DNA from: an uncultured Gemmatimonadaceae bacterium
GTDB taxonomy: Bacteria; Gemmatimonadota; Gemmatimonadetes; Gemmatimonadales; Gemmatimonadaceae
Direction of reading: 5' to 3'
Length of the DNA: 64,000 nt
Assembly (NCBI GenBank): GCA_963781585.1
Contig: CAWAGQ010000011.1
Location: 380,480 to 444,479 of the forward strand
Part shown: positions 9,123-19,634 of the stretch, piece after piece
How positions within the stretch are numbered: position 1 is the first letter of the stretch
Layout: each line of letters starts with the position of its first letter
Notes under the pieces: generated by a model
Seen by the model: the letters and a program-made list of their open reading frames with translations, nothing else
The model's database searches: none
Told to the model about the DNA's origin: nothing
Position numbers and translations under genes: made by a program

Positions 9123-11974
9123 GTGACTGATCGAGAACGGCAGTTCGGCGCGAGGAACTGGATGGTGGCGGCGGTATGGTTCGCTCTGGCTGCAGCCTCG
9201 ATTCACCTCCTCTACGTCCTCTACGTGCGGCATGTCGAGCATGAGTTGACGTGGACGGGGCGTGAGTTCCTGTGGATGGCGCCTCTGTCCTACCTGCTCG
9301 TTTACGCCATGGTAGGCAGCCTGGGGGGCATCGTCGCCTTCTACCGCCCTGCGGCCGGCCGACCGCGAGTCGTCGTCACCGTTCTCGCGGCGGTTACCAT
9401 CTTCGGCGCGCTCCTGTTGCTCCTCCCCAGGATTCATCCCCTGGCCTCGGCCGCTTTCGCAGCGGGTGTGGCGATGCAGGTCGCACGCCGAGCGCGAGCC
9501 GCAAGTTCTCACATCCCGATTGTCGTTCGTCTGGCCGCTCTGCCTGCGATTGTCATCGGGCTGTTCGGGGGCGTGGAGCAGGTCTCGCGGCAATGGCGGG
9601 AGGACCGGACCTTGGTGGCGCAGAGTCCCCCGCCCGGCGCACCTAACGTGATTCTCATCGTCATGGACGCCGTTCGTGCCGACAATACCAGCGCGTACGG
9701 GTATCCGGAGCCTACCACGCCGACACTCGAGCGCCTGGCCCGTGAGGGCGTGCTCTTCGAACGGGCGTTCGCCACCGCGCCGTGGTCCCTGCCGTCACAT
9801 GCGGGGATCTTTACCGGGCTGCTTCCCAGCGAGCTGTATGCAGACTGGAAAACGCCGTTTCGGCGGAATGTTCCCACGCTTGCCGAGCAGTTGCGTGATC
9901 ACGGGTGGGCGACCGGGATGTTCAGCGCGAACGTGGGCTACGTGACGTGGGAGACCGGGCTGTCCCGCGGTTTCATCCATGTGGACGACTACCCCCTGCT
10001 AGTCGCAGAGATGGTTCGCTGCAATGTCTTCGAACAAGCGCTCCAGCGGCACCGCTCCTGCGTTTCGCGGCGCCCCGTGGATGTTCAATGACCACTATCG
10101 TCGCGGCGCACAACAGATTGTTGACCGTTTTCTGCCGTGGCAGGCTCGGGTTGGCCCTCGGCCGTTCTTCGCGTTTCTAAACCTGCTCGACGCCCACGAA
10201 CCGCCGATGGTGAACCCTTCGACTCTCGGCCGGTTCGTGCGCTCCACAAAGTCCCAAGACGCGGCAGAGTACGATGCGGCCATAGCGGACATGGACGGTG
10301 AAATAGGGCGGTTGGTGGATTCCCTGTCGCGCCGCGGCGTGCTGAATCGGACGCTCGTCATAGTTACCTCGGATCACGGGCAGCTCCTTGGCGAACACGG
10401 GCTGATTCTACCACGGAAACAGTCTCTACCGACGAGTGCTTCAGGTGCCACTTGTCCTCGAGATTCCCCGGGCGCGTCCCGGCCGGCTGGCGCGTGCACC
10501 AAGTGACGTCTCTGCGCGAATTGACGGCAACGATTCTGCATTTGACGAGGATAGGGCCAGCCGGTTCGGACAGCCTCTCGTTGTCGCGCTTCTGGAGGCG
10601 CTACAGGTGAAGCTGGGCGAGGATGGTGACGTTGCGCTCGCTCAGGTTAGCTTCTCGCGCGCGGACGGTGGCTCCGATGAAGATGGCCCGCTAGCGCGGC
10701 TGCTCGCGGTGATTGCCCCGCATTACCCGAAGGCCGGCAACGGCCGGCAGCCGATCGGGCTGGAGCGGATGTTGCGCGTCTACTTTCTGCAGCAGTGGTT
10801 CAACTTGTCCGATCCGCAGGCCGAGGACACCATCTATGATAGTGAGTCGATGCGGCGCTTCGCCGGGGTGGAGTTGGGCGAGGACGTGATCCCGGACGAG
10901 ACCACCATCCTGCGGTTCCGGCACCTCTTGGAGCGGCATCAGCTCACGGAAGCGATCTTCGCCGAGATCCGCGCGCTGTTGGCGGAGAAACGGTTGCTCT
11001 TGAAGGCGGGGACGATCGTGGATGCGACGATCATCGCGGCGCCGGGGTCGACGAAGAACGCCGACAAGGCGCGGGATCCCGAGATGCGCCAGACCCGGAA
11101 GGGCAAGTCGTGGCACTTCGGGATGAAACTCCACGTGGGGACCGACACGCACGGGGTGGTGCACCACGTGATCGCGACGGATGCCGCGGTGGCGGATATC
11201 ACCCAACTGCCGGCCTTGCTGCTCGGGACGGAGCGGGTGGTCTACGGGGATCAAGCCTATTGGAAGGAAGATCATCGCCAGCAGTGGCAGCTCTCAGGTG
11301 GGACCTATCGGGTGAACCGGCGCGGCACGACGACACACCCGCTGACCCCGCACCAGAAGGCAGTCAACCGGACGCGGTCCCAGTGCCGGGCCCTCGGGGA
11401 GCATCCCTTTCAGGTGGTGAAATACCTCTGGGGCTTCATGAAAGTGCGGTACCGCGGTCTCGCGAAGAATGCGGCGCGTGCGTACACCATGTTCGGGTTG
11501 GCCAATCTCTATCGGATGCGGCGCCGCTTGCTCCCCGAGGATTCCGCCCATGCCTGACGTAAGACCTCCCGCGCACTCGCGACGGAGCCGCCGCACGCCA
11601 ACCGATGGTCGGGACCGATCCGAACCGGGCGTCGCCCCAACCCTGTTATCCGCCTAACCAGTCGATCACTCATGCATGCCGTCCACGCAGCACCCTGTGC
11701 AGATGCGCTCATCGGTGACCGCTGGTACTACATCGAAGGCCCCGCGCACAGAGGGAGCTGTTACGACTACACCATCGACACTGCCTAAGCCATCAACTTG
11801 GCGGACGACTCCGCGTATCGAGACACCGTGGCCATGCTCTCGCGGAAACTGCGGAGCGTGGCGCCACGATCGGCGCCGCTGGAGGGAACGGCCGCGATCC
11901 GCCCTGATTGCGCGCAGACGGCTCGGCCTGCACGATGCGACGGTGAGGGTAATGCCGGCTGTGCCTCAAGCTGA
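9123..11974 (+). pseudogene. Membrane-anchored sulfatase-like hydrolase/transferase, decayed and interrupted by IS5 remnant
   Basis: N-terminal TMs; NVILIVMDAVRAD, APWSLPSH, FLNLLDAHEP, TSDHG, HGNSLY fall in three different frames; C-terminal ALIGDRWYYI...INLA resumes at 11702 with an in-frame TAA at 11786. Confidence 0.85.
10694..11702 (+). mobile_element. IS5-family remnant with 5'-truncated transposase (to 11557) and no intact terminal inverted repeats
   Basis: IS5 motifs LERMLRVYFLQQWFNLSD, IPDETTILRFR, IVDATII, WHFGMKLHVG, YGDQAY, KVRYRGLAKN; begins abruptly at ARLLAVIAPHYP after CTAG (10691-10694). Confidence 0.9.
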
Positions 11975-11990
11975 CTGGTGCTGTCCAGAG

Positions 11991-12971
11991 TCATGGCCAC
12001 CTGGACGCCGCCTCTCCTTCGGCAGATCGCAGCACAATCCAGAGCGCGGGAAGATAGATCAGCGCGATAGTGGCATACGCGCCCGGCGTACGCGGAACCG
12101 GGTGAACGTGGCGAAGGTGTTGGTCGCCGGCAGCACAATGACCACGACCGCGGAGAGAAGCGAAAGCAGCAGTACGCCTCGTAGCGTGGGCGGCAATGAG
12201 ACAGAGCAGGAATGCCGCGCTGACCCCCGGTGTCTGGGGAACGATGGAAAGCGCCGCCAGCAGCCTCCCTTCCCACCGGCGCCAGCGCAGCAACGACAGC
12301 ACCAGCGGAAATCCAATAGGAAGCATGATCGGAGAGAGGAAGTGTGTGGAGCCGTGCAGCGCGCCGCGCCACTCGCCGAACCACGAGGGCTGAATCGCGA
12401 AGGCGACGACCGTCATGGCAAGAGCACTGCTTCCCCCGATGATCGCCCCACGAAGCGATCGCGACCCCGCCAGAACGGCGAGGCCCAGATTCGGCTTGGC
12501 CGCCAGGAACGGCCCGAACCACGGCGCGAACAGCGCGCACGCGAGCAGCGGCGGCCATTGCACGATCTTCACATTGATCATGAAGGCGACCGACAGGAAC
12601 GCGGGGAGGCGGTGGTAGCTGTCTCTCGTGCTGACGAACGCGAGCGCGGCCGCCGAGGCGCCCACCATGACCACCCGAGCCGCGAGCAGCGGGAGCGCGG
12701 CGACGGGAGCGACGAGCATCGCGGCCGGAAGTGGATAGTAGAAGGGAAACGGATAATCGAACTCGCGCCCGGGTCCGATGAGATCATACGGATCGCGTCC
12801 GTGGAGGAGCGCCCGCGCGGCGAACCAGATCTGGTCGAAGTCGGTCACCGCATCCGGGAACTTGTGCCCGAATCGAAACGTGACCGCCGCGGCGATGACC
12901 CCGATACCGAGGGCGATGCCCAGCCGGTGTTCGAGGGGAACGAGCTGCGGGCGCGAAGAATGGGAATTCAT
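11991..12971 (-). CDS. GT87-like (DUF2029-like) GT-C membrane glycosyltransferase, paralogue 1
   Basis: TDFDQIWFAARAL..GRDPY, PFYYPLPA, QWPP, AAKPNLG, LRWRRWEGRLL; polytopic. Confidence 0.7.
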   Translation of the reverse strand: MNSHSSRPQLVPLEHRLGIALGIGVIAAAVTFRFGHKFPDAVTDFDQIWFAARALLHGRDPYDLIGPGREFDYPFPFYYPLPAAMLVAPVAALPLLAARVVMVGASAAALAFVSTRDSYHRLPAFLSVAFMINVKIVQWPPLLACALFAPWFGPFLAAKPNLGLAVLAGSRSLRGAIIGGSSALAMTVVAFAIQPSWFGEWRGALHGSTHFLSPIMLPIGFPLVLSLLRWRRWEGRLLAALSIVPQTPGVSAAFLLCLIAAHATRRTAAFASLRGRGHCAAGDQHLRHVHPVPRTPGAYATIALIYLPALWIVLRSAEGEAASRWP

Positions 12972-13981
12972 GATCCGCGCGATATCTGCTCCACGGGAGG
13001 TGCTGAGTCTGCGGATCCTTCACGCGCCGGAAGGAGCAGCAGCAGCACCAGGGCAGGGGCGTAGAGGGTGAACACCATCCACGGGAACGCGATCTCGTTC
13101 TGCGCGGGCGATGCGTGGTGCGGATACCAGGCGAGATATCCCATCCAGCTCACGGCAGTGAGCGCGAGCGACCGGATCAACGTGGAGGGGATGAGCCAGA
13201 GCAGGAGCTGGTCGTAGAACACCGGAAGCTGAGGCATGAGCGAGAGCGCGACGAACAGGCGCCCCTCGGGGCGCCGCCAACGAAGCAGCCCGAGCAGCAG
13301 GAAGCAGCCGAGCAGCGTGGTAGCGGGACCCCGATAGCGCGCGGTGCCAGCCATCGCGTGTCGCCATTCGACGGGCCAGGCAGGGATGACGATGAGCGAG
13401 GCGACGACAAGGATCACCCCGCCGATGACGCCACGCCACGACGGCCGATAGAGCCAAGCCGCGAGTCCCACCGTAGGTTTGGCGGCCGCGATGAACTGCA
13501 GTGTGGGCATCAAGGCAGCGGCCGTTGCGATGGGCGACCACTGGCCGAGGATCGCGGCCTGCACGAAGGGCGCGCTGGCGAAGAGAGGTAGTCGGTGCGG
13601 GCAATCCCTGAGTACGCCCCAGGCCAGAAGCGCAGACGACAGCCCCACGAATAGGGCGCCGGCAATCTCGGGCCGAAGCGGCGCGAAGGGCGCGGCGAGG
13701 AGGGCGGCAGGGAGGGGATAGAAAAGGGGCGCGTTGAACGGATAGGGCCCGCCTCCGTGCATGACCTGGTAGGGGTCCTGCCCCGCCAGCAGGGCGCGTG
13801 CCGCGCGCCAGGGATATGAGAAGTCTTTCGCCACGTGCTGGGGATGCGACGCCATCGCGAAGTAGGCGATGAAAGCGCCCCAGCCGCCGAGCACCAGCGC
13901 GAGAATCACGCGGTCGCCGGCGATCAGAGCCCGGAGACGACCCGGTCTCACGGCCGACCCAGTGGCGTGGTCCTCAGACAT
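12968..13981 (-). CDS. GT87-like GT-C membrane glycosyltransferase, paralogue 2
   Basis: KDFSYPWRAARAL..GQDPY, PLFYPLPA, GQWSP, AAKPTVG, LRWRRPEGRL, FYDQ. Confidence 0.7.
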   Translation of the reverse strand: MSEDHATGSAVRPGRLRALIAGDRVILALVLGGWGAFIAYFAMASHPQHVAKDFSYPWRAARALLAGQDPYQVMHGGGPYPFNAPLFYPLPAALLAAPFAPLRPEIAGALFVGLSSALLAWGVLRDCPHRLPLFASAPFVQAAILGQWSPIATAAALMPTLQFIAAAKPTVGLAAWLYRPSWRGVIGGVILVVASLIVIPAWPVEWRHAMAGTARYRGPATTLLGCFLLLGLLRWRRPEGRLFVALSLMPQLPVFYDQLLLWLIPSTLIRSLALTAVSWMGYLAWYPHHASPAQNEIAFPWMVFTLYAPALVLLLLLPAREGSADSAPPVEQISRGS

Positions 13982-14003
13982 GGTTCGCCATGAAAGCGTA
14001 AGC

Positions 14004-15125
14004 CTAACGATACGTAGCGAGCGGAAGCCACACGAGCATTGCGCCAGCGAACGCGAGGACACCGAGCAGCATCAGATCCAGACGGCGTGTCGGCAGACTA
14101 CCGCGCCATCCGGGGAGCGTCAGGGCTTCTCCCTGCGCCACCGTGGGCGACAGGTTTGGACGACGTAGAATCATGAGAAGGACCGGAAGATACACGACAA
14201 ATATCGAGGCCTGCCCCAAATGGAGCATGTACAGGTCGAACGTCGCCCCGGACCCCCAGATGACAAACCCCCAGAACAGCGCGTGTGTGAGAATCGCGAG
14301 GACCATCGTCTCGCGCAGGGAGAAGCACGCGAAGAAGAGAAGCAGGAGATCGTAGAGGCTCGGGGTGTGCGGCGTGGCGGCGAGCACGAGCAACAGCCGT
14401 GCCTCCGGGCGTCGCCAGCGGAGGGCCGCCAGCACGAGGACAAAACCCCCAGGCAGGAGCATCGGAATCTTCAGGGGAGGAATTGAGCGTATCGCACCGA
14501 TCCAGTCCGCGAATGATGAGGGCCGCAGGGCCGCGCTGAGCGCTGTGATCAGCGCTGCCGCGGCGGCTGCGAGAACGAGGCGTCGTCGCGACAGTGCGGC
14601 CAGCACCGCCAGCCCGACAGTCGGCTTCGCGGCCACGACAGCGCCGAGTGCGGGCATCCATGCGGCGGTAAGGAGCAGGAGCGCCCATTGCGTGCGCGAC
14701 GTGGCGATGAGATAGGAAGCGCTCAGCACCATCGGCCAGACCACTCGGATGCGTGGGCCGGCAGCCCATCCGAGCAGAGCGGCCGACAACGTGCTGAAGA
14801 CGACTCGTGCCCATGCGATCGGCAAGAGAACGAACGGCGCCGAGAGCAGCACGGCAGGCGGCGGGTACACGAGGGGCCAAATCCAGCGAAATGGTCGCCC
14901 CGGCCCGACTACCGCGTACGGGTCGCCGCCGTGAACCAACGCCCGCGCCGCGTACCAGAGCTGGTCAAAGTCGGTTGGCCAGTCAGGCTCGTGGATCGCG
15001 CGGGCCGCGGCGTAGGCACCGGTGAGCAGCGCCATCATGAGGGGGGTCACCCAGCGGAATTGCCGCTGGGCCCTTGCCGACGCGGCCCCAGCCGGCGACG
15101 CGCCGACTGCGCCGGGAGCGGTCAT
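14004..15125 (-). CDS. GT87-like GT-C membrane glycosyltransferase, paralogue 3
   Basis: TDFDQLWYAARAL..GGDPY, PLVYPPPA, AAKPTVG, LRWRRPEARLL, LYDL. Confidence 0.7.
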   Translation of the reverse strand: MTAPGAVGASPAGAASARAQRQFRWVTPLMMALLTGAYAAARAIHEPDWPTDFDQLWYAARALVHGGDPYAVVGPGRPFRWIWPLVYPPPAVLLSAPFVLLPIAWARVVFSTLSAALLGWAAGPRIRVVWPMVLSASYLIATSRTQWALLLLTAAWMPALGAVVAAKPTVGLAVLAALSRRRLVLAAAAAALITALSAALRPSSFADWIGAIRSIPPLKIPMLLPGGFVLVLAALRWRRPEARLLLVLAATPHTPSLYDLLLLFFACFSLRETMVLAILTHALFWGFVIWGSGATFDLYMLHLGQASIFVVYLPVLLMILRRPNLSPTVAQGEALTLPGWRGSLPTRRLDLMLLGVLAFAGAMLVWLPLATYR

Positions 15126-16165
15126 GGCGTGACCCGGCGAAGGCGGGACCAGAGGAAGGGCAGTCGCTCCATGATCGGGGGAAGGGTCCCCTCGTTAGGC
15201 CTCCGGAGCAGCATGACCAATGCCGGAAAATAGCAGAGCCACACGGTGCCGTTGCCCACGATGCGGCCCCACGAGAGGTAATCCGGCTGCGGCGTGTTGA
15301 ACCCAACGTAGAAGAAGAGAACCACCGTGGAAAGCGCGAAAATCAGGGACTCGCGCGCAGTGATGCACATGGCCGCCAGCAGCATCTGGTCGTAGAAGGT
15401 GGGTGGCTGGGGGACGATGGCGAGCGCGAGCAGCCACCGCGCCTCCGGCCGGCGCCATTTGAGCGCTGCCAGCAGGAGGAGGAATCCGAACGGGCGCGTG
15501 ACAGGAGCTCGGAAGTGCGGTGCGTCGCGGAGATTCCGCAGCCAGGTGGAATGCCACCCAGGCAGGAGGACTTCGCTCACGGCGAAGAAGGTCACCGCGC
15601 CGGCAAGGAGGAAGACCAACGTCCGGTTCGTGCGGGCTGATGCACCGAGTGCGACACCGAAGTTCGGCTTGGCAAATCCGGCGAAGGCCAGCGGCGGCAG
15701 GAAGAATGCGGCGGCGTAAAGCGATGACCACTGCACCAACTCGACGGACACCATGAAGGAAACGCTGAGGAAGATGGGGAGCCGTGACCACCCATCGCGG
15801 GTGACCGCCCAGGCAAGGAGGGCGGTGGACAAGCCGGAGAAGACGGCGCGCGCGGCAAGCACGGGGAGGAGGCCCAGTGGCGCAACGAGCAGGAGCGCGG
15901 GCAGCGGATAGTAGAGCGGCCACTTCCAGTGGAATGCCCCGTGTGGTCCTACCACCTGATACGGATCCTTGCCTTGCCACAAGGCTCCCGCGCCGGCCCA
16001 CACTTGATCGAAGTCGCTGACGAAGTCGGGATTGGCGCGCCCGTGGACGACTACGTAGACGACGGCGAGGATGCCGAGCAGCAACGCAAACGCGAGACGG
16101 AGGCGAGCATCCGGAGCCGCTTTCTCGGGATCGGGATGCGCGCGCACCCGCTCTAGGATCGGCAT
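15122..16165 (-). CDS. GT87-like GT-C membrane glycosyltransferase, paralogue 4
   Basis: SDFDQVWAGAGAL..GKDPY, PLYYPLPA, QWSS, FAKPNFG, LKWRRPEARWL, FYDQ; start moved to ATG 16165. Confidence 0.7.
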   Translation of the reverse strand: MPILERVRAHPDPEKAAPDARLRLAFALLLGILAVVYVVVHGRANPDFVSDFDQVWAGAGALWQGKDPYQVVGPHGAFHWKWPLYYPLPALLLVAPLGLLPVLAARAVFSGLSTALLAWAVTRDGWSRLPIFLSVSFMVSVELVQWSSLYAAAFFLPPLAFAGFAKPNFGVALGASARTNRTLVFLLAGAVTFFAVSEVLLPGWHSTWLRNLRDAPHFRAPVTRPFGFLLLLAALKWRRPEARWLLALAIVPQPPTFYDQMLLAAMCITARESLIFALSTVVLFFYVGFNTPQPDYLSWGRIVGNGTVWLCYFPALVMLLRRPNEGTLPPIMERLPFLWSRLRRVTP

Positions 16166-17952
16166 TCCGCTTCGGTAGTCGCCGGACGCGCCGGCGGATG
16201 GCTGGGAGGTACGACGCGATTCGAATCGGCGGCGAGCGCGGTGGAGTCGATCCGAGTGAGCGTGAACGGACCCATGTCGTCGTCGACGCGCAGCCTCCAC
16301 GCCTGACGAGTGGGGAAGTGTCGCAGCAACTTCAGATCCTCGCGTGGTCCCATACCGCGCGCCCAGACGACCGGCGACGCTTCGATATCGGCCGCGTTGT
16401 ACACCCACTCGAAGTCGCCCTCGTGCCGCGGCCCGTATTCCACGATCACCAAGTCCCTCTGCGCGGTGCTTGCCAGGCTGGCCTGCATGGCGGCGCGATG
16501 CCACTCCCAGTCCCTGAAGCGCAGCGAGCGCGAGCGCGCCAAGAGCAGCACTGTGGCGAGCGCGGACGCCAGCGTGAATACCGCCACTGCCTGCACCAGC
16601 CTCCGGCCAGCACGGATTCCTCCGACCCGAAAGGCATTGAGGCGCCGCGCCGCCACGGTCAAAAGCACGCAATACGCGCCAACAAAAGGCCCAGCATAAT
16701 GGAGCAGCAGCTTCCGCGGATCGACGGCCCAGGCCGCGAACACCGCCAGTGCGCAGGCGGCGGGCAGCCAGAGCCTATCGCGGCGCAACGCCCAGGGGAG
16801 CGCGAGGAAGAGGGGGAAAACGAAGAACGGCGCAAGGCCGAGTCTCAGCGGCTCGGAACGCGACCAGAAATCGCGCAGGAACTCCTGCGTCGATGAAGGA
16901 ATGTCGACGTGGCCTTCCCCGACGGTGTAAAAGCAACGCATCACGTCGTGCCGATAGCTCGGATTTGTAGCACGATCGATCCCCAGGAGGAGGGGCACCG
17001 TCTCGTACTGTCGCGCGTGTTCGACGTACGGAAATCGTGTCGCGCTGCCGGTCACTCGCCAATTGTAGTACGCCATGAACGCCGCGCCCGAGAGGAGAGC
17101 AGGAACCAGAATCGCGGCGCTGCGCGAGACGAGATGCCCCTGGCCCATCCGTACTAGGCGGATGCACCAGAGCAGGAAGTACGCGATCGTGGGTAACGCG
17201 AACAGGAACCCTTCGAAGGGGCGTGTGTTCGCGAGGACGACGAGTCCGACGCCCAGCGCGGCGGAGGACACGACGATTTGGCGGATGGGACGACTCGTCA
17301 GGCGACGCACCCCCCCAAGCACCAGGGCGCTGCCAGCGGCGGCGACGGCCCCGCCCCAGTACGACGACGTCCAGTAGCCGGCGTCAGCGTGCCGGCCGGC
17401 GAACCAGAGCGCGACCATCAGGCTGCCCCAGAAAGCCCACGTGGGGCGGGTCCACGCCTGGAGCATCCACGCAATCGCGGCGCACATCAGCGCGTAGCCA
17501 ATCCACACACCGACGATCGGGGCGCCGGTGAGGATCTGCCCCAGCGCCATCACGAGCGACGAACCGGGAGGATACTTCGAGGCGTAAGTCGGAACCTGGA
17601 TGATGTGGAACGACTCGTAGTGTTGCCAGAACGGCGGTGTGGGGTTCGTCAGCCGGCCGTGGGCAAATGTGTCGCTCGCGAGCAGGTAGCTGAACTCGTC
17701 CTGCAGAACGGGCGCCGGTGGCCACCCGATCGCGAAAGTGACCGTTGCCGCCACGGCAAAGCCGACAGCACCGACGACAAGTGGAACACGGGATGGGCGC
17801 CTGTACAGCCAGGTTGAGCCTCGCCCTACCGGCGACTCGGCGCGAGGGGACGTCCTCGCTTTCGCATCGAGACCTGACGAATGCTGTGCTTGCGATGTGG
17901 CACGCGTCCGCGCGAATTGCACGACGGAGAGCAGGCCGGTCATCGAGCGCAT
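16153..17952 (-). CDS. Polytopic GT-C-like glycosyltransferase, DEFSY family, paralogue A
   Basis: Loop-1 acidic pair QDEFSYLLASDTFAHGRLTNP, SKYPPG, NTRPFEG, YNWRVTG; soluble C-terminal domain (WVYNAADI). Confidence 0.65.
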   Translation of the reverse strand: MRSMTGLLSVVQFARTRATSQAQHSSGLDAKARTSPRAESPVGRGSTWLYRRPSRVPLVVGAVGFAVAATVTFAIGWPPAPVLQDEFSYLLASDTFAHGRLTNPTPPFWQHYESFHIIQVPTYASKYPPGSSLVMALGQILTGAPIVGVWIGYALMCAAIAWMLQAWTRPTWAFWGSLMVALWFAGRHADAGYWTSSYWGGAVAAAGSALVLGGVRRLTSRPIRQIVVSSAALGVGLVVLANTRPFEGFLFALPTIAYFLLWCIRLVRMGQGHLVSRSAAILVPALLSGAAFMAYYNWRVTGSATRFPYVEHARQYETVPLLLGIDRATNPSYRHDVMRCFYTVGEGHVDIPSSTQEFLRDFWSRSEPLRLGLAPFFVFPLFLALPWALRRDRLWLPAACALAVFAAWAVDPRKLLLHYAGPFVGAYCVLLTVAARRLNAFRVGGIRAGRRLVQAVAVFTLASALATVLLLARSRSLRFRDWEWHRAAMQASLASTAQRDLVIVEYGPRHEGDFEWVYNAADIEASPVVWARGMGPREDLKLLRHFPTRQAWRLRVDDDMGPFTLTRIDSTALAADSNRVVPPSHPPARPATTEAECRS

Positions 17953-19634
17953 GTCGACGAAGGAGACATACCTGTGTCAGGGAGCTCGCCGGCGCTGACG
18001 CGTAGGTCATCAAGGGCCTGGAGAGAGCCAGAGTTAACCGAGACAAGGTTGTACGGCCCGTCGTCATCCTCAATGCGGAGCATCCATGCGTGGCGATCCG
18101 AGAAGTACCGCAGAAGTTTCGCGTCCTCCGTTGGACCCATCGCCCGCGCCCAGACGACCCTGGATCCGTCGATGTCCGCGGCGTTATAGACCCACTCCTG
18201 ATCTGCATTGTGATGTGGCCCGTACTGGACAAGTACCAGTTGCTTTTCTGGGGACCCCGAGAGCCGTTCTTGGGTCGTCGCGCGCTGCCATGACCATGTC
18301 TGATGGAGTTTCGGGCGCAGGATGGCCATGCCCACGGCGGACACCAATGCGAACAGGACAACGAACACCATTGTTAGGCGTGTGAGCGTAGCGCCGAGCG
18401 GAAATTGGCGAACGCGCCAGACGTTGAGTCGCCGCGCGCTGAGGGCGAGCAGGAGAAAATACGCCCCCACCATCGGCGCGCCGTAGTGTAGCGTCAATAT
18501 CCAGGGATTCACCAGGAACGTGGCAACAGACAGTCCCATGCTCGCGAGCGGAAGCCACGGACGGTCGCGGCGAAGGACCCACGGAACGGCGAGAACGAAT
18601 GGAATGATGAAGAACGGCAGCAAGCCATGGGTCAGCGGCTGCGATCGTTGCCACAGTGATCTCACATAGTCCTGGAATGACGAGGGTTCGTGGGCGTGCC
18701 CTCTTCCTGCCAGGTAGAAGCAGCGCATGACGGGGTGACGGTATGCCGGGAGAGGGGGAGCCCTCCGTCCGACAAAATAGGAGGAGGCATCGTACTGTTG
18801 CGCGTAGAGCGTATACGGGAACTGCGACCAAGTGCCCGTGACGGCACTATTGTACCGCGCCGTGGCGACGGTGCCCGCCAGAAGGATCGCCAGCGCCGGC
18901 GTGAGCGCCGGAAAGAGACGACGACGGTCTTTCTTCCGCCACCTCCGGCCGACCCACCACATGAGGCTCGCGAAGATCGGAAGGGAGAAGAAGAAGCCCT
19001 CGAAGGGGCGCGTATTGGCGAGCAGCAAGAGTCCCAAACCCGCCCACATGGAGTTTGGGATATGCATGCGCTTGTCGGACTGTTGGATGCGCCGCACTCC
19101 TCCGAGCACCAGGGCTCCTGCCCCAGCGGGAACGGCACCACCCCAGTACGAGCTTGCCCAGTACACGCCGCCGGCGGGAAGATTCACAAACCACAGCGTT
19201 ACGAGAATGCCTCCCCAGAGCACCCACCGCGGGCGCAGCCAGGCTTGCAGCATCCAGGTGACCGCGGCGCACATGAACGCATAGCCGATCCAGACACCGA
19301 CGATCGGGTATCCGGTAAGAACCTGTCCGAGCGCGAGGAAGAGTGCAGACCCCGGCGGGTACTTCGACGCATACGACGGAACCTGCAACACGTGGAATGT
19401 CTCGAAGTGCTGCCACAGCGGGTGCGTCGGGTTCGTTAGGCGGCCGTGCGCGAAGGTGTCGCTCGCTAACAGGTAGCTGAACTCGTCGTGGACGGCCGGG
19501 GCGGGGGGCCATCCGAGAGCCACCGACGCCGCGACCGCCGCCGCGAAGCCGAGTCCCCCCATGGCAAGAGGGGCCCGGTATGGCCGCTGCAGGATCCAGC
19601 GATACGCTCGCTCAGGCAGGACATTCGGTCGCAT
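17940..19634 (-). CDS. Polytopic GT-C-like glycosyltransferase, DEFSY family, paralogue B
   Basis: HDEFSYLLASDTFAHGRLTNP, SKYPPG, NTRPFEG, WVYNAADID; tandem paralogue of 16153..17952. Confidence 0.65.
   Translation of the reverse strand: MRPNVLPERAYRWILQRPYRAPLAMGGLGFAAAVAASVALGWPPAPAVHDEFSYLLASDTFAHGRLTNPTHPLWQHFETFHVLQVPSYASKYPPGSALFLALGQVLTGYPIVGVWIGYAFMCAAVTWMLQAWLRPRWVLWGGILVTLWFVNLPAGGVYWASSYWGGAVPAGAGALVLGGVRRIQQSDKRMHIPNSMWAGLGLLLLANTRPFEGFFFSLPIFASLMWWVGRRWRKKDRRRLFPALTPALAILLAGTVATARYNSAVTGTWSQFPYTLYAQQYDASSYFVGRRAPPLPAYRHPVMRCFYLAGRGHAHEPSSFQDYVRSLWQRSQPLTHGLLPFFIIPFVLAVPWVLRRDRPWLPLASMGLSVATFLVNPWILTLHYGAPMVGAYFLLLALSARRLNVWRVRQFPLGATLTRLTMVFVVLFALVSAVGMAILRPKLHQTWSWQRATTQERLSGSPEKQLVLVQYGPHHNADQEWVYNAADIDGSRVVWARAMGPTEDAKLLRYFSDRHAWMLRIEDDDGPYNLVSVNSGSLQALDDLRVSAGELPDTGMSPSSTCAR

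Noticed and set aside
10436..11557. 373-aa ORF as a functional sulfatase-transposase fusion
   Set aside because: Its N-terminus is partly out-of-frame pseudogene sequence and the transposase lacks its start and left end; most likely an accidental fusion
11786..11788. Stop-codon readthrough or recoding in the sulfatase
   Set aside because: It is TAA in a gene that already has several frameshifts; simple decay explains it
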